Assembly: GCA_043756725.1 (NCBI GenBank)
Contig: JAYUQN010001025.1
Location: 1-52,668 of the forward strand
DNA from: Saprospiraceae bacterium
Lineage (GTDB): Bacteria; Bacteroidota; Bacteroidia; Chitinophagales; Saprospiraceae
Length of the DNA: 52,668 nt
Direction: 5' to 3'
The position numbers and the translations under genes were made by a program. How positions within the stretch are numbered: the stretch's first letter is position 1; each line of letters begins with the position of its first letter. The notes below the pieces were generated by a model that was not told the DNA's origin, searched no databases, and was given only the letters and a program-made list of their open reading frames with translations. Shown here in pieces: positions 1 to 8,963 of the stretch.

Positions 1-753
1 ATTCGGGTTCTGAATTTCACCGCCTAAAAAACCGACGGTATTCCACCCTTCATACGCCCAAAAAGCAGCAAGCATTGCCCCAAATAAGGATTTTATGAAA
101 ACACCTTCTGTCCAGCCGTGTTCAACATAAGTTGTTGCAGGAGTCGCTATATTTGAAAAACTGCCACCGCCAAAAAACAAACCTGAAATAACGATGAGTG
201 CCAAGCCCGCAATCACAAATTTTGTAATCCACGTGCTTAAAAGTTCACCGCCTTTTACACCTCTTGTATTGATATTTGTTAAAATCAAAATGAGAACAAT
301 GGCTAATGCTTTCACCCCAAAATTGTCAAAAGGCTGAAAAACACCAATTTTGATGCTTTCAATAGAAGCGTCCAAATGCGGCAAAGGTAAGAGTGAATTA
401 AAAGATTGCGCAAAAACGTAAGCAATAGAAGATATTGATGCCGTTTTAATGACCGCAAATGTGCTCCAACCAAACAAAAATGCCGTAAATCTGCCATAAA
501 TGCGCTTGAAATAAACATATTCGCCGCCCGACCCTGCAAGCATACCCGCAATTTCAGCATTGCTTAAAGCACCACAAAGGCTAATGATACCCGCCAGAAT
601 CCACGCCATCAAAACAAGTTTGGGCGATTGTAAATCGGCAGACATAGGCGCTACTTTTTTATAAACACCCGTACCGATAACCGAACTCACAACTAAAATA
701 GTCGCCGAAGCGAGGGTGATGGTTTTTATTAATTGTCCTTGTTTCTTTTCCAT
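1..753 (-). CDS. APC-family amino acid permease, N-terminal part only (runs off the left edge)
   Basis: It is absent from the ORF track because it has no stop in the window. The reverse-strand ATG at 753..751 opens a frame that stays open to base 1 (251 codons). The product reads MEKKQGQLIKTITLASATILVVSSVIGTGVYKK...GALSNAEIAGMLAGSGGEYVYFKRIYGRFTAFLFGWS... and is a multi-TM hydrophobic protein typical of APC transporters. The tracked ORF 312..560 is a different frame inside it. Confidence 0.8.
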   Translation of the reverse strand, partial: MEKKQGQLIKTITLASATILVVSSVIGTGVYKKVAPMSADLQSPKLVLMAWILAGIISLCGALSNAEIAGMLAGSGGEYVYFKRIYGRFTAFLFGWSTFAVIKTASISSIAYVFAQSFNSLLPLPHLDASIESIKIGVFQPFDNFGVKALAIVLILILTNINTRGVKGGELLSTWITKFVIAGLALIVISGLFFGGGSFSNIATPATTYVEHGWTEGVFIKSLFGAMLAAFWAYEGWNTVGFLGGEIQNPN

Positions 754-981
754 AAAAAATATATTTGGTTAGTTTTTCAATTAAAGAGGGAAGGTCGTAA
801 TTTTTTTGAAAAAAAATGAACCCTCTTAAAATTATGATAGATAAAATGCTCCTTTTGTCTTATTTATCTTTTAAAAATGTTATATTCTTAACACATTTTT
901 ATGGTTTATATGAACTAATAACCATTTTTAGACGTTTTAATTAATGTTGCAAAGAAATTTTATATTTGAAAAAGCTATAAA

Positions 982-1224
982 ATGACAAAGTATTTAACCT
1001 TAAATGAGATAAAACAACACTTTCCTGATGAGTGGATTTTGTTAGGCGACCCTAAGACAGACGGCTTAGATGTTTTGGGCGGCTTAGTTTTGTATCATAG
1101 TAAAGATAAGAAAGAGGTCTGTTATCTTGGGAGGGATAAAATTAAACCCTTTGCTATGTCCACTTTAATTTATACAGGGGAATTAAAAACTATGCGAAAA
1201 TTAGGCATCTTAAAACGACTATGA
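982..1224 (+). CDS. Small hypothetical protein (80 aa), first gene of a 4-bp-overlapping pair
   Basis: The ORF has an ATG start, and its stop overlaps the next start (ATGA at 1221..1224). The segment FPDEWILLGDPKTDGLDVLGGLVLYHSKDKKEV resembles the small partner proteins found upstream of bacterial retropepsin-like genes. That assignment comes from memory of the pattern only. Confidence 0.5.
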   Translation: MTKYLTLNEIKQHFPDEWILLGDPKTDGLDVLGGLVLYHSKDKKEVCYLGRDKIKPFAMSTLIYTGELKTMRKLGILKRL

Positions 1225-1613
1225 CAAATTTCTCCTTCCAACTTACTGATGATGATAGCGTAATCGTTTTAATAGCTTTCATCGAAGACCGTTTTCGCCT
1301 TCGATTAGCTTTAGATACAGCCGCTTCTCATACCACAATAGATTCTAATGTGCTTTTCATGTTGGGTTTTGAACTCAAAGATGCCATCGGCGAAGTTGAA
1401 GTTGAAACTTCAAACGGTATTATACTCGTTGAAGAACATCGTTTAGCAAAACTCACTTGCTTAAATATTGAGCGAACACATTTTGTTGTCCAAGTCTATG
1501 ATTTTTTAGCACATGGAGTGACCTCTAATTAGGATGGTGTAATTGGTCTTGATTTTTTAAAAAGCCAAAAAATTTGTCTTGACTTTAAGAAATTTTTGAT
1601 TTCTGTTCATTGA
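1221..1613 (+). pseudogene. Retropepsin-like (clan AA) aspartic protease interrupted by one in-frame TAG
   Basis: LALDTAASHTTID matches the D-T/S-G-A active-site region. TAG at 1530..1532 is followed in the same frame by DGVIGLDFLKSQKICLDFKKFLISVH then TGA (1611..1613). That continuation is the conserved (Y)DG(I/V)LG(M/L)DFL C-terminal strand of this fold. Confidence 0.7.
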
Positions 1614-1630
1614 TGCTTAAAGGGGTTTCT

Positions 1631-2692
1631 CTATCTTACCAAACCCAACCCTCCCCTATTCGGCAAAGTCATAAACCCCTCTTTCAAGATAAAACCGCTT
1701 TTCACAATGTCCACAGCGAGGTCTAAACTGCCATCAAGGTCAATGTATTTTGTATTTTTACAACTGTATGCCGCATGAAGGGCGGCTGTAATACTCACAA
1801 TACTTTCATCATTACAGCCCCAAAAAAGGTCAATATTTGAAAATTTGGCAATATTGGCAATTTTCATGGCTTCGGAAATACCACCACATTTCATCAATTT
1901 TATGTTGAAAATACCGAAAGTTCTATCGGCAGCTAATTGAAAAGCGGCTTCGCCATCGTGCAGGCTTTCATCGGCAGCTAAACGATTGCGGATGGCTATA
2001 GGTAGGGTTTTTATACCCCCCTCAGTACCAACGAGACTGGGTTGCTCAACAAGTTCAATTTTCAGTTTTTCAATACGCTTGAAAAAAGGGATTATTTCCT
2101 CCACTTTATAGCCTTGATTGGCATCTACTCGTAGTTGAAGTTTATTGCCAAATTGCTCCCTTAATTTCACCAATCTTTCAATATCGAGTTCAAAATCAAC
2201 GCCTATTTTCACTTTTAAGGCTTTGAAACCTGCGTCAAAATATTCTTTGGCTTCGTCCAAAGTCTCTTGCACGCCTTTTATGCCGATAGTGACAGATGTG
2301 GGTAGTTTTTTAATTTCTTGGTTGTAAAATTTCACAATCGGAATGCCCAAATATTGACCGAAAGCATCGTGCAAGGCAATATCCATCGCTGCCAAAGTGC
2401 CCGGTTTGTGAGGAAAAGCCTGTTTCACTTCTTGTAAAATGGTAAACATTTCACCGATATTGCGCCCTACAAATTTCTGAATCGCCTCGGTTTGTAGGTT
2501 TTCAAAAGATTCATGGACATCTTCATCCACCACTTCTTTTGAGGGATTGGCAGCACCGATGCCAATTTTACCGTTTTTCAACTCGATTTCTACAAATACG
2601 CTTTCTACATCCGTAATGGTTTTGAAAGCGATGGTGTAGGGACGGGTGAGGGTGAGGTTTTTTTTATAGACTTTTATGGATTTGATTTTCAT
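1631..2692 (-). CDS. Dipeptide epimerase (L-Ala-D/L-Glu epimerase type), enolase superfamily
   Basis: The protein is 353 aa and carries the catalytic and metal motifs in order: ALKVKIG, RVDANQGY, VEQP, ADES, FNIKLMKCGG. Its start overlaps the stop of the upstream S9 peptidase gene by 1 nt. Confidence 0.9.
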   Translation of the reverse strand: MKIKSIKVYKKNLTLTRPYTIAFKTITDVESVFVEIELKNGKIGIGAANPSKEVVDEDVHESFENLQTEAIQKFVGRNIGEMFTILQEVKQAFPHKPGTLAAMDIALHDAFGQYLGIPIVKFYNQEIKKLPTSVTIGIKGVQETLDEAKEYFDAGFKALKVKIGVDFELDIERLVKLREQFGNKLQLRVDANQGYKVEEIIPFFKRIEKLKIELVEQPSLVGTEGGIKTLPIAIRNRLAADESLHDGEAAFQLAADRTFGIFNIKLMKCGGISEAMKIANIAKFSNIDLFWGCNDESIVSITAALHAAYSCKNTKYIDLDGSLDLAVDIVKSGFILKEGFMTLPNRGGLGLVR

Positions 2693-4821
2693 TATTTTTT
2701 ATTTTTCAACTTCCGCTCAAAAAAATCAGCAATCGCCAAATAGATTTTATACCAACTTTCATGTCTCAAAAAGCTATGCACTTCATCGGGTACAACCAGT
2801 AATTCTGTTTCAACATTTTTTTTACGCAAGAGGCGTAGGATGTTTTCTGTTTCTGAAAAAGGCACATTTTGGTCGTCATCACCGTGGGCAAATAGGACGG
2901 GTGATTTCCAACCATCAAGGTAAAAAATGGGCGAGGATTTATAGGCAATTTGGGCGTGTTTTGGAAAGCGCAAAGAATCATAATCGGGCATAAAAGTCGG
3001 AATTTCAGTATTCCAATTGTGGACTCCGTGAATATCACCACCCGCTGCAAACAAATCGGAACGCCTTGCTAGAGCATGAGCTGTCATGTACCCGCCGTAA
3101 CTACCGCCCCAAACCACAATTTTTGATGCCGATACTGAGGGGTGTGCTTTGAGCCACTCCCCTGCCGCTTCGAGGTCTTGAAATTCGCTGTTGCCTGATG
3201 CGCCATAGTTTTCAGCTTCTCTGAAATTTCTGCCGTAGCCTATCCCACTCCTATAATTTATAGCCAAAGCCACGTAGCCTTGGGAAGCAAAATATTGACT
3301 CAGGTGATAGGCATTTCCATAATATGCCCCTGGGTGATAGCCCAAAAGCATCTGCCTGCGTGACCCACCATGTACAAAAATAACGGCAGGGTGCGATTTG
3401 TCATTTTTCAAATTTTTAGGTAAAAAAACTTGGTTTTGAAATTTCAAACCATCTTTGGCAGTTAGCGTAATGGCTTGTGGTTCAACGAGTTGTGACTGTG
3501 GGAATGTTTTAGAAGGTTCTCCAATATGGGTAAAAATGCCTTTTGAAATATCGTACATTACCACGTGGGTAGGTGTACGTTCATCGCTTTGTAGTAAAAA
3601 AAGTGTATTGCTATTTGCCGCTTGTTGGATGTTTAGTTCTATCGTTTTACCTTTTGTCAAAACCTGTGCGTAGCCTTTTTCAACCGTTTCATTTCGCAAA
3701 GGCAAAGCGTTTTGGCTGGGCAAATCTGCCACCCAAATATGTTTTCTATCCATGTCACTTTGATTGCTGTTGAAAAGCACTTGTCTTTTATCACGGCTTA
3801 AAACCACTTCGTCCACTTCAAAATCGCCTTTTGTTAATTGTACAGGTTTTCCACCCGTAGAAGGAACAGCATACAATTGTTGCCAACCTGTTTTTTCCCA
3901 AGCAAAAACGAGGTGATTTGTGCTTGTCCAAAGCAATTGTTGTTTGCCTGTGTGATTCCAATAAACACTGCCCATACCTTTATCTGCAGTGAAAATGGTG
4001 CGGTATGGACTGGTGCTTTGTGTTAAATCGGCTACAATGATTGACCAGGGTTCTTGCTCACGGAGAGGGAAAAAACTCACTGTTGGTTCTAAATCTCGTC
4101 TTAACCTCAAAAATGCTATTTGTTTGCTATCGGGCGACCAAACAGGTTCTGTATCCGTGTCAATTGAGGGATTTATAAACGTATAATCCTTTTTTTCAAA
4201 ATCATAAACGCCAACAAAACTATGTTTGCCTCGATTACTTACAAAAGCCAGTTTTTGACCATCGGGCGACCAACGCACTTGCGTAGCCCCGTTGCGAACT
4301 TGGCATAATTGGGTAGCCGCGAGTGTGTCATACACATTTTTAATATAAATTTGACCACCTCGTGTAAACACTAATTTTTGACCATTGGGTGAAACACTTG
4401 GATTTGCGCCCGTCCCAATTTTCACCGTTTTTTTACTGCCCATATCCAATTGAAAAATGGTAGGGACTGTGCCTTCTAAAACATGGCTTGGGTTATGCGA
4501 CTGATTAGCTTGCACTTGTGGCGGGTTACCTTTGATGTAAAATAGCGCTCGTTCATCTTGTGCCCATTCCAAATTAGAAATTTCAATACCATCATCCTTA
4601 TCAAAATTGGTCAATTTTATGGGTAAATACTGAGGGGGGGTCGCCAAGTAAATATTGCGAATGCCTTTCACCATTTCCACCCAAACGATTTTATCGCCCG
4701 TAGGAGAAACAGTTAAATTAGAAGACATGGGGGCAGACATGAGGTTTTCGAGGGTCATGGTCTGCGCTGTTAAACTTTTCAGTGAAATGAAAAATAGAAA
4801 GATAAAACATAGGTTTTTCAT
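2692..4821 (-). CDS. Secreted S9-family serine peptidase (beta-propeller plus alpha/beta-hydrolase)
   Basis: The 709-aa protein starts with the signal peptide MKNLCFIFLFFISLKSLTAQ. The N-terminal half has TolB-like propeller repeats. The nucleophile elbow is WGGSYGGYM, followed by HGDDDQNVP and PDEVHSF (Asp and His). Confidence 0.9.
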   Translation of the reverse strand: MKNLCFIFLFFISLKSLTAQTMTLENLMSAPMSSNLTVSPTGDKIVWVEMVKGIRNIYLATPPQYLPIKLTNFDKDDGIEISNLEWAQDERALFYIKGNPPQVQANQSHNPSHVLEGTVPTIFQLDMGSKKTVKIGTGANPSVSPNGQKLVFTRGGQIYIKNVYDTLAATQLCQVRNGATQVRWSPDGQKLAFVSNRGKHSFVGVYDFEKKDYTFINPSIDTDTEPVWSPDSKQIAFLRLRRDLEPTVSFFPLREQEPWSIIVADLTQSTSPYRTIFTADKGMGSVYWNHTGKQQLLWTSTNHLVFAWEKTGWQQLYAVPSTGGKPVQLTKGDFEVDEVVLSRDKRQVLFNSNQSDMDRKHIWVADLPSQNALPLRNETVEKGYAQVLTKGKTIELNIQQAANSNTLFLLQSDERTPTHVVMYDISKGIFTHIGEPSKTFPQSQLVEPQAITLTAKDGLKFQNQVFLPKNLKNDKSHPAVIFVHGGSRRQMLLGYHPGAYYGNAYHLSQYFASQGYVALAINYRSGIGYGRNFREAENYGASGNSEFQDLEAAGEWLKAHPSVSASKIVVWGGSYGGYMTAHALARRSDLFAAGGDIHGVHNWNTEIPTFMPDYDSLRFPKHAQIAYKSSPIFYLDGWKSPVLFAHGDDDQNVPFSETENILRLLRKKNVETELLVVPDEVHSFLRHESWYKIYLAIADFFERKLKNKK

Positions 4822-4877
4822 AACGGATTTGATTTTTATTTTGGCTTAAAATTAGGTTTTTCTGATTAAAATATAAG

Positions 4878-4919
4878 AAAACGCCCGAAATAAAGCGATG
4901 ACTTTATTTAGGGCGTTTT
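4878..4919 (-). terminator. Hairpin terminator downstream of the 4924..6507 gene
   Basis: The arms are AAAACGCCCGAAATAAAG and CTTTATTTAGGGCGTTTT with one mismatch. On the minus-strand transcript the hairpin is followed by a U-rich run. Confidence 0.6.
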
Positions 4920-4923
4920 ATTT

Positions 4924-6507
4924 TTAAACACGCACCCAAAAAATGCGTTTTCCATCTACTTCAATCCAGTCTTTTTTCCAAAATTTCTTTTTATTATGGT
5001 CAAAAATTAAGAGATACCCAGTATCTAAACCCAAGCGGTCTAAATAATCGGCAAGTTGTAAAAGCCCTTCATCATGAGCCGCTTGTCCGTACCAAACTTT
5101 CAGTTCTGCTACGTATTGATGTTGAAAATAGGTGATAACGACATCTAAACGGCGTTCTTCTGACACTTGGGGTTCTCTAAAATCATACCCGCCACCATTT
5201 ATGATAGGTTTGATAAAGGCTAAAAATATTAATCGTCCATCTCGCTCTAAAAATTTTCGGTCTTTATCACTGTATTGTTGCTTCATAAAAGATTGAAAAT
5301 TTTCTAAGACTTTTACCATATCTAAACCATTATTGGGCAGACGGTATTGGCTCATAAAATCAAAAAGCGAGGAGTTATTGCCTTTAATTAAATTGGTGGT
5401 ACGCCATTTTGAAATCATATAATTAGCAATCCGCTCTCGATAAATACGGTTATGGATTTTCAATGTCCCACTTTCAGAGGCAGCAAAAATACCATGAAGT
5501 TTACCCAAGTTAATAGTTGGGTCGTCTGACCGAAAATCTATTTTTACACCGTCTATAATCACCGCATAAACAAGTTCATATAAAGCGGGATAATCTTCGA
5601 GGTTTTTTATGAGTGTATCAAAATTCGTATTACTTTCTTTGCGTAACAACAATTGAAAAGCCGCATTGAGGTCTTCATCTGTCCATTCTTTCACGGTTTT
5701 AGTAGGTAAAATCTCTTCGGCAATAATTTTACACATGTCGCTAGTTAAATAAGGATAGCCCGAAGTTAGATAAAATAACCGTTCTGCCATATAGGTTGTA
5801 TCCATTTTTACGCCCTGTTCTTGAGCATAATCATCTAGCATGGGTTTAATTTCACTAGGCTGCAAATTCATATCAACTAAAAATTCGGTGGCAATATTCC
5901 ACGGCGAATTATATTTTCGTTCTTCATCGGGGCGTATTTTAAGTTTCAAAGATTTTACATCATGCACCCCTGCAAGCATAATGCAATGAAAAGTAGGATT
6001 TCTTTTGCGTTCCAAATATTTGTCACGCAGCATGGCTAAAAAGCTGACAAACAATTGATTATTACTACTTTTATCCACTTCGTCAATAAAAACAACGGTT
6101 TTTTTAGCGGTTTTTGAACACAACTCGGTAATCACGCTTCGGAGGTCTTCCAAGTTATTAGTTTTAGCTGCAGTTTCAACTAACCACGATTTCAATTCAG
6201 GCGCAGACTCATGGGCAACATTGCTTAATAATCGAACAAAACCTGATGAAAACTTAATTTCATCATTAAAAATAGCATCGCCAATGCCTTCAAAACTGAT
6301 ATGGAAAATAATGTATTCACCAGAATCTATCAACCTTTGTCTTAACGTGTGCATGGTCGTCGTTTTTCCGTATTGGCGTGGGCGGTTGATGATAAAATAT
6401 TTCCCTTTTTCTATCATAGAAAAAGTTTCATCTAACTGCTTTGACACATCAGCCATATAATGTTCATCAGGAAAACATAAACCTGTTACATTGAATTCTT
6501 TTGCCAT
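4924..6507 (-). CDS. AAA-ATPase-like protein with C-terminal PD-(D/E)XK nuclease-like domain
   Basis: Walker A is RPRQYGKTTT and Walker B is VVFIDEVD. The C-terminus has RRLDVVITYFQHQYVAELKVWYG, a D...E-x-K pattern. This architecture is common in Bacteroidota (predicted AAA-ATPase plus PDDEXK). Confidence 0.8.
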   Translation of the reverse strand: MAKEFNVTGLCFPDEHYMADVSKQLDETFSMIEKGKYFIINRPRQYGKTTTMHTLRQRLIDSGEYIIFHISFEGIGDAIFNDEIKFSSGFVRLLSNVAHESAPELKSWLVETAAKTNNLEDLRSVITELCSKTAKKTVVFIDEVDKSSNNQLFVSFLAMLRDKYLERKRNPTFHCIMLAGVHDVKSLKLKIRPDEERKYNSPWNIATEFLVDMNLQPSEIKPMLDDYAQEQGVKMDTTYMAERLFYLTSGYPYLTSDMCKIIAEEILPTKTVKEWTDEDLNAAFQLLLRKESNTNFDTLIKNLEDYPALYELVYAVIIDGVKIDFRSDDPTINLGKLHGIFAASESGTLKIHNRIYRERIANYMISKWRTTNLIKGNNSSLFDFMSQYRLPNNGLDMVKVLENFQSFMKQQYSDKDRKFLERDGRLIFLAFIKPIINGGGYDFREPQVSEERRLDVVITYFQHQYVAELKVWYGQAAHDEGLLQLADYLDRLGLDTGYLLIFDHNKKKFWKKDWIEVDGKRIFWVRV

Positions 6508-6558
6508 GATTAATTTTTAGTTAAACAAAAAAAACAAAAATAAGACATTTTGGTTATT

Positions 6559-7632
6559 TCACTCTAATATATTTTTAATAGTCTCAACTATCTCCCCTAC
6601 CCCATCTTCCAAAGGCAGCACAACTGGAATGTTCAGTACCCCCCTCAGTATTTTTGCCTTTTCACGAGCTTTTTCGAGCGTCAATCCATGCGTATTGAGC
6701 GTAACAGCTATGACTTCCGAGCCGTACATTTTTATCAAAGCCACCTCACTTTCTACGCTGGGGATTTCAGCTTTTATATTGTCCTCCGTGCCTTCATAAT
6801 ATTGTCGGGCGGGGATGCCTTGTAAAACCACATATTTGGCTTGTCCTGAAAGCAACAACTCCGAACCTGTGGGTCCTATGGGGTTTCGCAAAGCGGATTG
6901 TCCGTTTAGAAAAATAACATCGGGTTTGGTTTCTTCAAAACATTTGACGATTTGGGTTTCTAATTCACCTGTTAAAAAATCGTTGAGGGTGGAGTCTAAT
7001 ATGAAAGCATAGCGTCCGTCTTGCATCCAGCCTGTTTGTCCTGTTGAAATCATTTCGGCTTTTAAGCCTTGTTTTCGACATTCTTGGGTTAAAAAGCGGG
7101 CGGTTGTGCGTTTTCCAACAGCGCAATCCATGCCTAATACGGCTATCCGAGGGGCAGTTACTTTTGAAATACGCCCCGACCAGTACGACATTTCAGTGGC
7201 TTTTTTGGCTTTTCGCACATCGGTCAAAGTAATGTCGTGTTTTTTAGCGAGTTTTACAAAATCGGGTTTATCGTTCAAAAACTCGTGTAAGCCATTGATG
7301 ACATTCAGTCCATTTTTCACCGCTTTTTTTAAAACGGACAACATATCGACTGGAATTTTACCACCTGAAACGGCTATACCTATTATAATGTGTTTCGGTT
7401 TTAGCGTTACGGATTTCGAGAGAGTTTTTAAGGCATTTTCAACCGTGTCAAAAATGGGAATATTGCGGTGCTTGCCATCGAGGATTTCACCTGCATCGTC
7501 ACCCGCACAAACGTAATCTATAATGCCTACTATTTTGAAACGCTCGGAATAACGAACCAGACCATGAGCCGTTTTACCGTTTTCAGTATTGTATAAACCG
7601 TGAGTAAGGATTAAAGCTGTATTTTCAGACAT
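6559..7632 (-). CDS. DUF1611-family protein (P-loop-like, often linked to D-Glu/dipeptide metabolism)
   Basis: The 357-aa protein has the family-typical segment RIAVLGMDCAVGKRTTARFL. Its genomic context with the dipeptide epimerase fits the family. Confidence 0.7.
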   Translation of the reverse strand: MSENTALILTHGLYNTENGKTAHGLVRYSERFKIVGIIDYVCAGDDAGEILDGKHRNIPIFDTVENALKTLSKSVTLKPKHIIIGIAVSGGKIPVDMLSVLKKAVKNGLNVINGLHEFLNDKPDFVKLAKKHDITLTDVRKAKKATEMSYWSGRISKVTAPRIAVLGMDCAVGKRTTARFLTQECRKQGLKAEMISTGQTGWMQDGRYAFILDSTLNDFLTGELETQIVKCFEETKPDVIFLNGQSALRNPIGPTGSELLLSGQAKYVVLQGIPARQYYEGTEDNIKAEIPSVESEVALIKMYGSEVIAVTLNTHGLTLEKAREKAKILRGVLNIPVVLPLEDGVGEIVETIKNILE

Positions 7633-7774
7633 GATATTTGATTTATGACGGCAATTTATTAGGTTTTCATAAAATAACTATTTTTTAAGGTTAAAACTTT
7701 CGGATTAAGTGCGTTAATCTTTACTTTTCAGTTTTTAAAATACATGACTATTTCTGGATACACGAATTTCAATT

Positions 7775-8209
7775 ATGAAAAAATACATTTTCGCTTTATT
7801 GTTATTTTCTATACCCCCTCAGTATTTTCATGCCCAAACGCCGACTTTCGATTGGCAAGGGCATAGGGGCTCAAGGGGTTTGATGCCCGAAAATACCATT
7901 CCCGCTTTTTTGAAAGCCCTTGATTTGGGGATGAAAACATTAGAGCTTGACCTTACCGTGAGTGCCGATAATCAACTTATCATTTCGCATGAACCCTGGC
8001 TCAACCATGATATTTGCTTAAAAGCGGATGTGTTTAGCCCTGCTTATCTACTTGTTACTAAAAAAATGGTGAAACAATGCCATAATAAAGGAATAAAAAT
8101 CGTACCGTGGACGGTGAATGAAACTAAGGCTATGTTGAAATTGATGAAATTGGGCGTAGATGGGATTATTACGGATTATCCGAATCGGATACCTGTTTTG
8201 AATAGGTGA
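7775..8209 (+). CDS. Glycerophosphodiester phosphodiesterase (GDPD) homologue, abnormally short (144 aa)
   Basis: A signal peptide is followed by WQGHRGSRGLMPENTIPAF...LELDLTVSADNQLIISHEP, the N-terminal GDPD motifs. This is joined almost directly to the C-terminal motif KIVPWTVNETKAMLKLMKLGVDGIITDYPNR. The central third of the TIM barrel appears to be missing, in frame. Confidence 0.65.
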   Translation: MKKYIFALLLFSIPPQYFHAQTPTFDWQGHRGSRGLMPENTIPAFLKALDLGMKTLELDLTVSADNQLIISHEPWLNHDICLKADVFSPAYLLVTKKMVKQCHNKGIKIVPWTVNETKAMLKLMKLGVDGIITDYPNRIPVLNR

Positions 8210-8284
8210 TGGCGCAGGTTTAGGATAAGTTTTAAAAAAAACTTACCTAAACCTTGATAGTTTAATTCAATTATACTAAAGTGA

Positions 8285-8405
8285 AAGTGGTTTTCGGATT
8301 CTGAAATGTAACTCTGTGTACCTCCTTTCCCTCTGTGAGCGATTTTTTTTGCTCACAGAGAAACATAGAGGTTTCACAGAGGTCTGTTAAATCCGAAAAG
8401 CACTT
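8285..8405. repeat. 121-bp imperfect long palindrome
   Basis: The outer arms are AAGTGGTTTTCGGATT and AATCCGAAAAGCACTT. The inner perfect stem is CTCTGTGAGC-GATTTTTTTT-GCTCACAGAG (8331..8360). A smaller hairpin, GGTTTAGGATAAGTTTT/AAAACTTACCTAAACC, lies at 8217..8249. Confidence 0.7.
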
Positions 8406-8489
8406 TCTATTTAGTACAAACAAAAAATTACATCATTTACAATGATTACATTGTAATTTATTCTTACAAAAAATAACCTTATTTTACTA

Positions 8490-8945
8490 TTATGGAATGG
8501 GCGATACAGCCCCTTTGTCATTTTCATATTGCTTGATATAAGCATCAATGGCAATTTGCACAATGTCTTTGATATTTTGTCTATCCCAATAAGCAATAGC
8601 TTTTATTTTTTCAAGAGCTTCCTCTTTGACGATAAACGTAGCACGGGTTTCACCGATTTTTAACCCTTTTTGGACAGAACTTACCTCTTTCATTTTTTTA
8701 ACCTCTCTAAAATTTCTAACCTCTCTGAAATATTGAGGCATTTGAGATCCTTCATTAACTTCACTCAGGGTATTCGATACTGAGAGAATGTTATATGCTG
8801 ACCGAGAGAGATCTTGTTGGGACTGAAGTACTTCAATTTTTTCTTCTTCTATAATGGGCGCAACTTGAACAGGTTGAGCAGTGGGTTCATTACGTCGCGG
8901 TGTCGCTAATAACATATCCGCATTAATAAGCATTTTTTTTGCCAT
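8490..8945 (-). CDS. Small partition-partner protein encoded downstream of parA (ParB/ParG analogue, assignment by position)
   Basis: The 151-aa protein is encoded 54 bp downstream of parA on the same strand. Its C-terminal segment TRATFIVKEEALEKIKAIAYWDRQNIKDIVQIAIDAYIKQYE looks like a ribbon-helix-helix or small DNA-binding domain. Confidence 0.55.
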   Translation of the reverse strand: MAKKMLINADMLLATPRRNEPTAQPVQVAPIIEEEKIEVLQSQQDLSRSAYNILSVSNTLSEVNEGSQMPQYFREVRNFREVKKMKEVSSVQKGLKIGETRATFIVKEEALEKIKAIAYWDRQNIKDIVQIAIDAYIKQYENDKGAVSPIP

Positions 8946-8963
8946 TTTTCATATTTTTTACAC

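Noticed and set aside
312-560. Tracked 82-aa minus-strand ORF
   Set aside because: It lies in a different frame inside the open APC permease frame (753..1), which gives a coherent multi-TM transporter sequence. The 82-aa product is low-complexity and has no motif.
1530-1532. In-frame TAG considered as a reassigned or recoded sense codon
   Set aside because: TAG terminates at least two well-defined genes in the same window (rep at 11993..11995 and the primase-like gene at 13066..13068), and no recoding signal is evident. A nonsense mutation is the simpler explanation.
7106-7516. 136-aa plus-strand ORF antisense to the DUF1611 gene (and similarly 47404..47748 and 47585..47836 antisense to the Fic gene)
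   Set aside because: Each is embedded in a well-supported gene on the other strand, and no motif is present.
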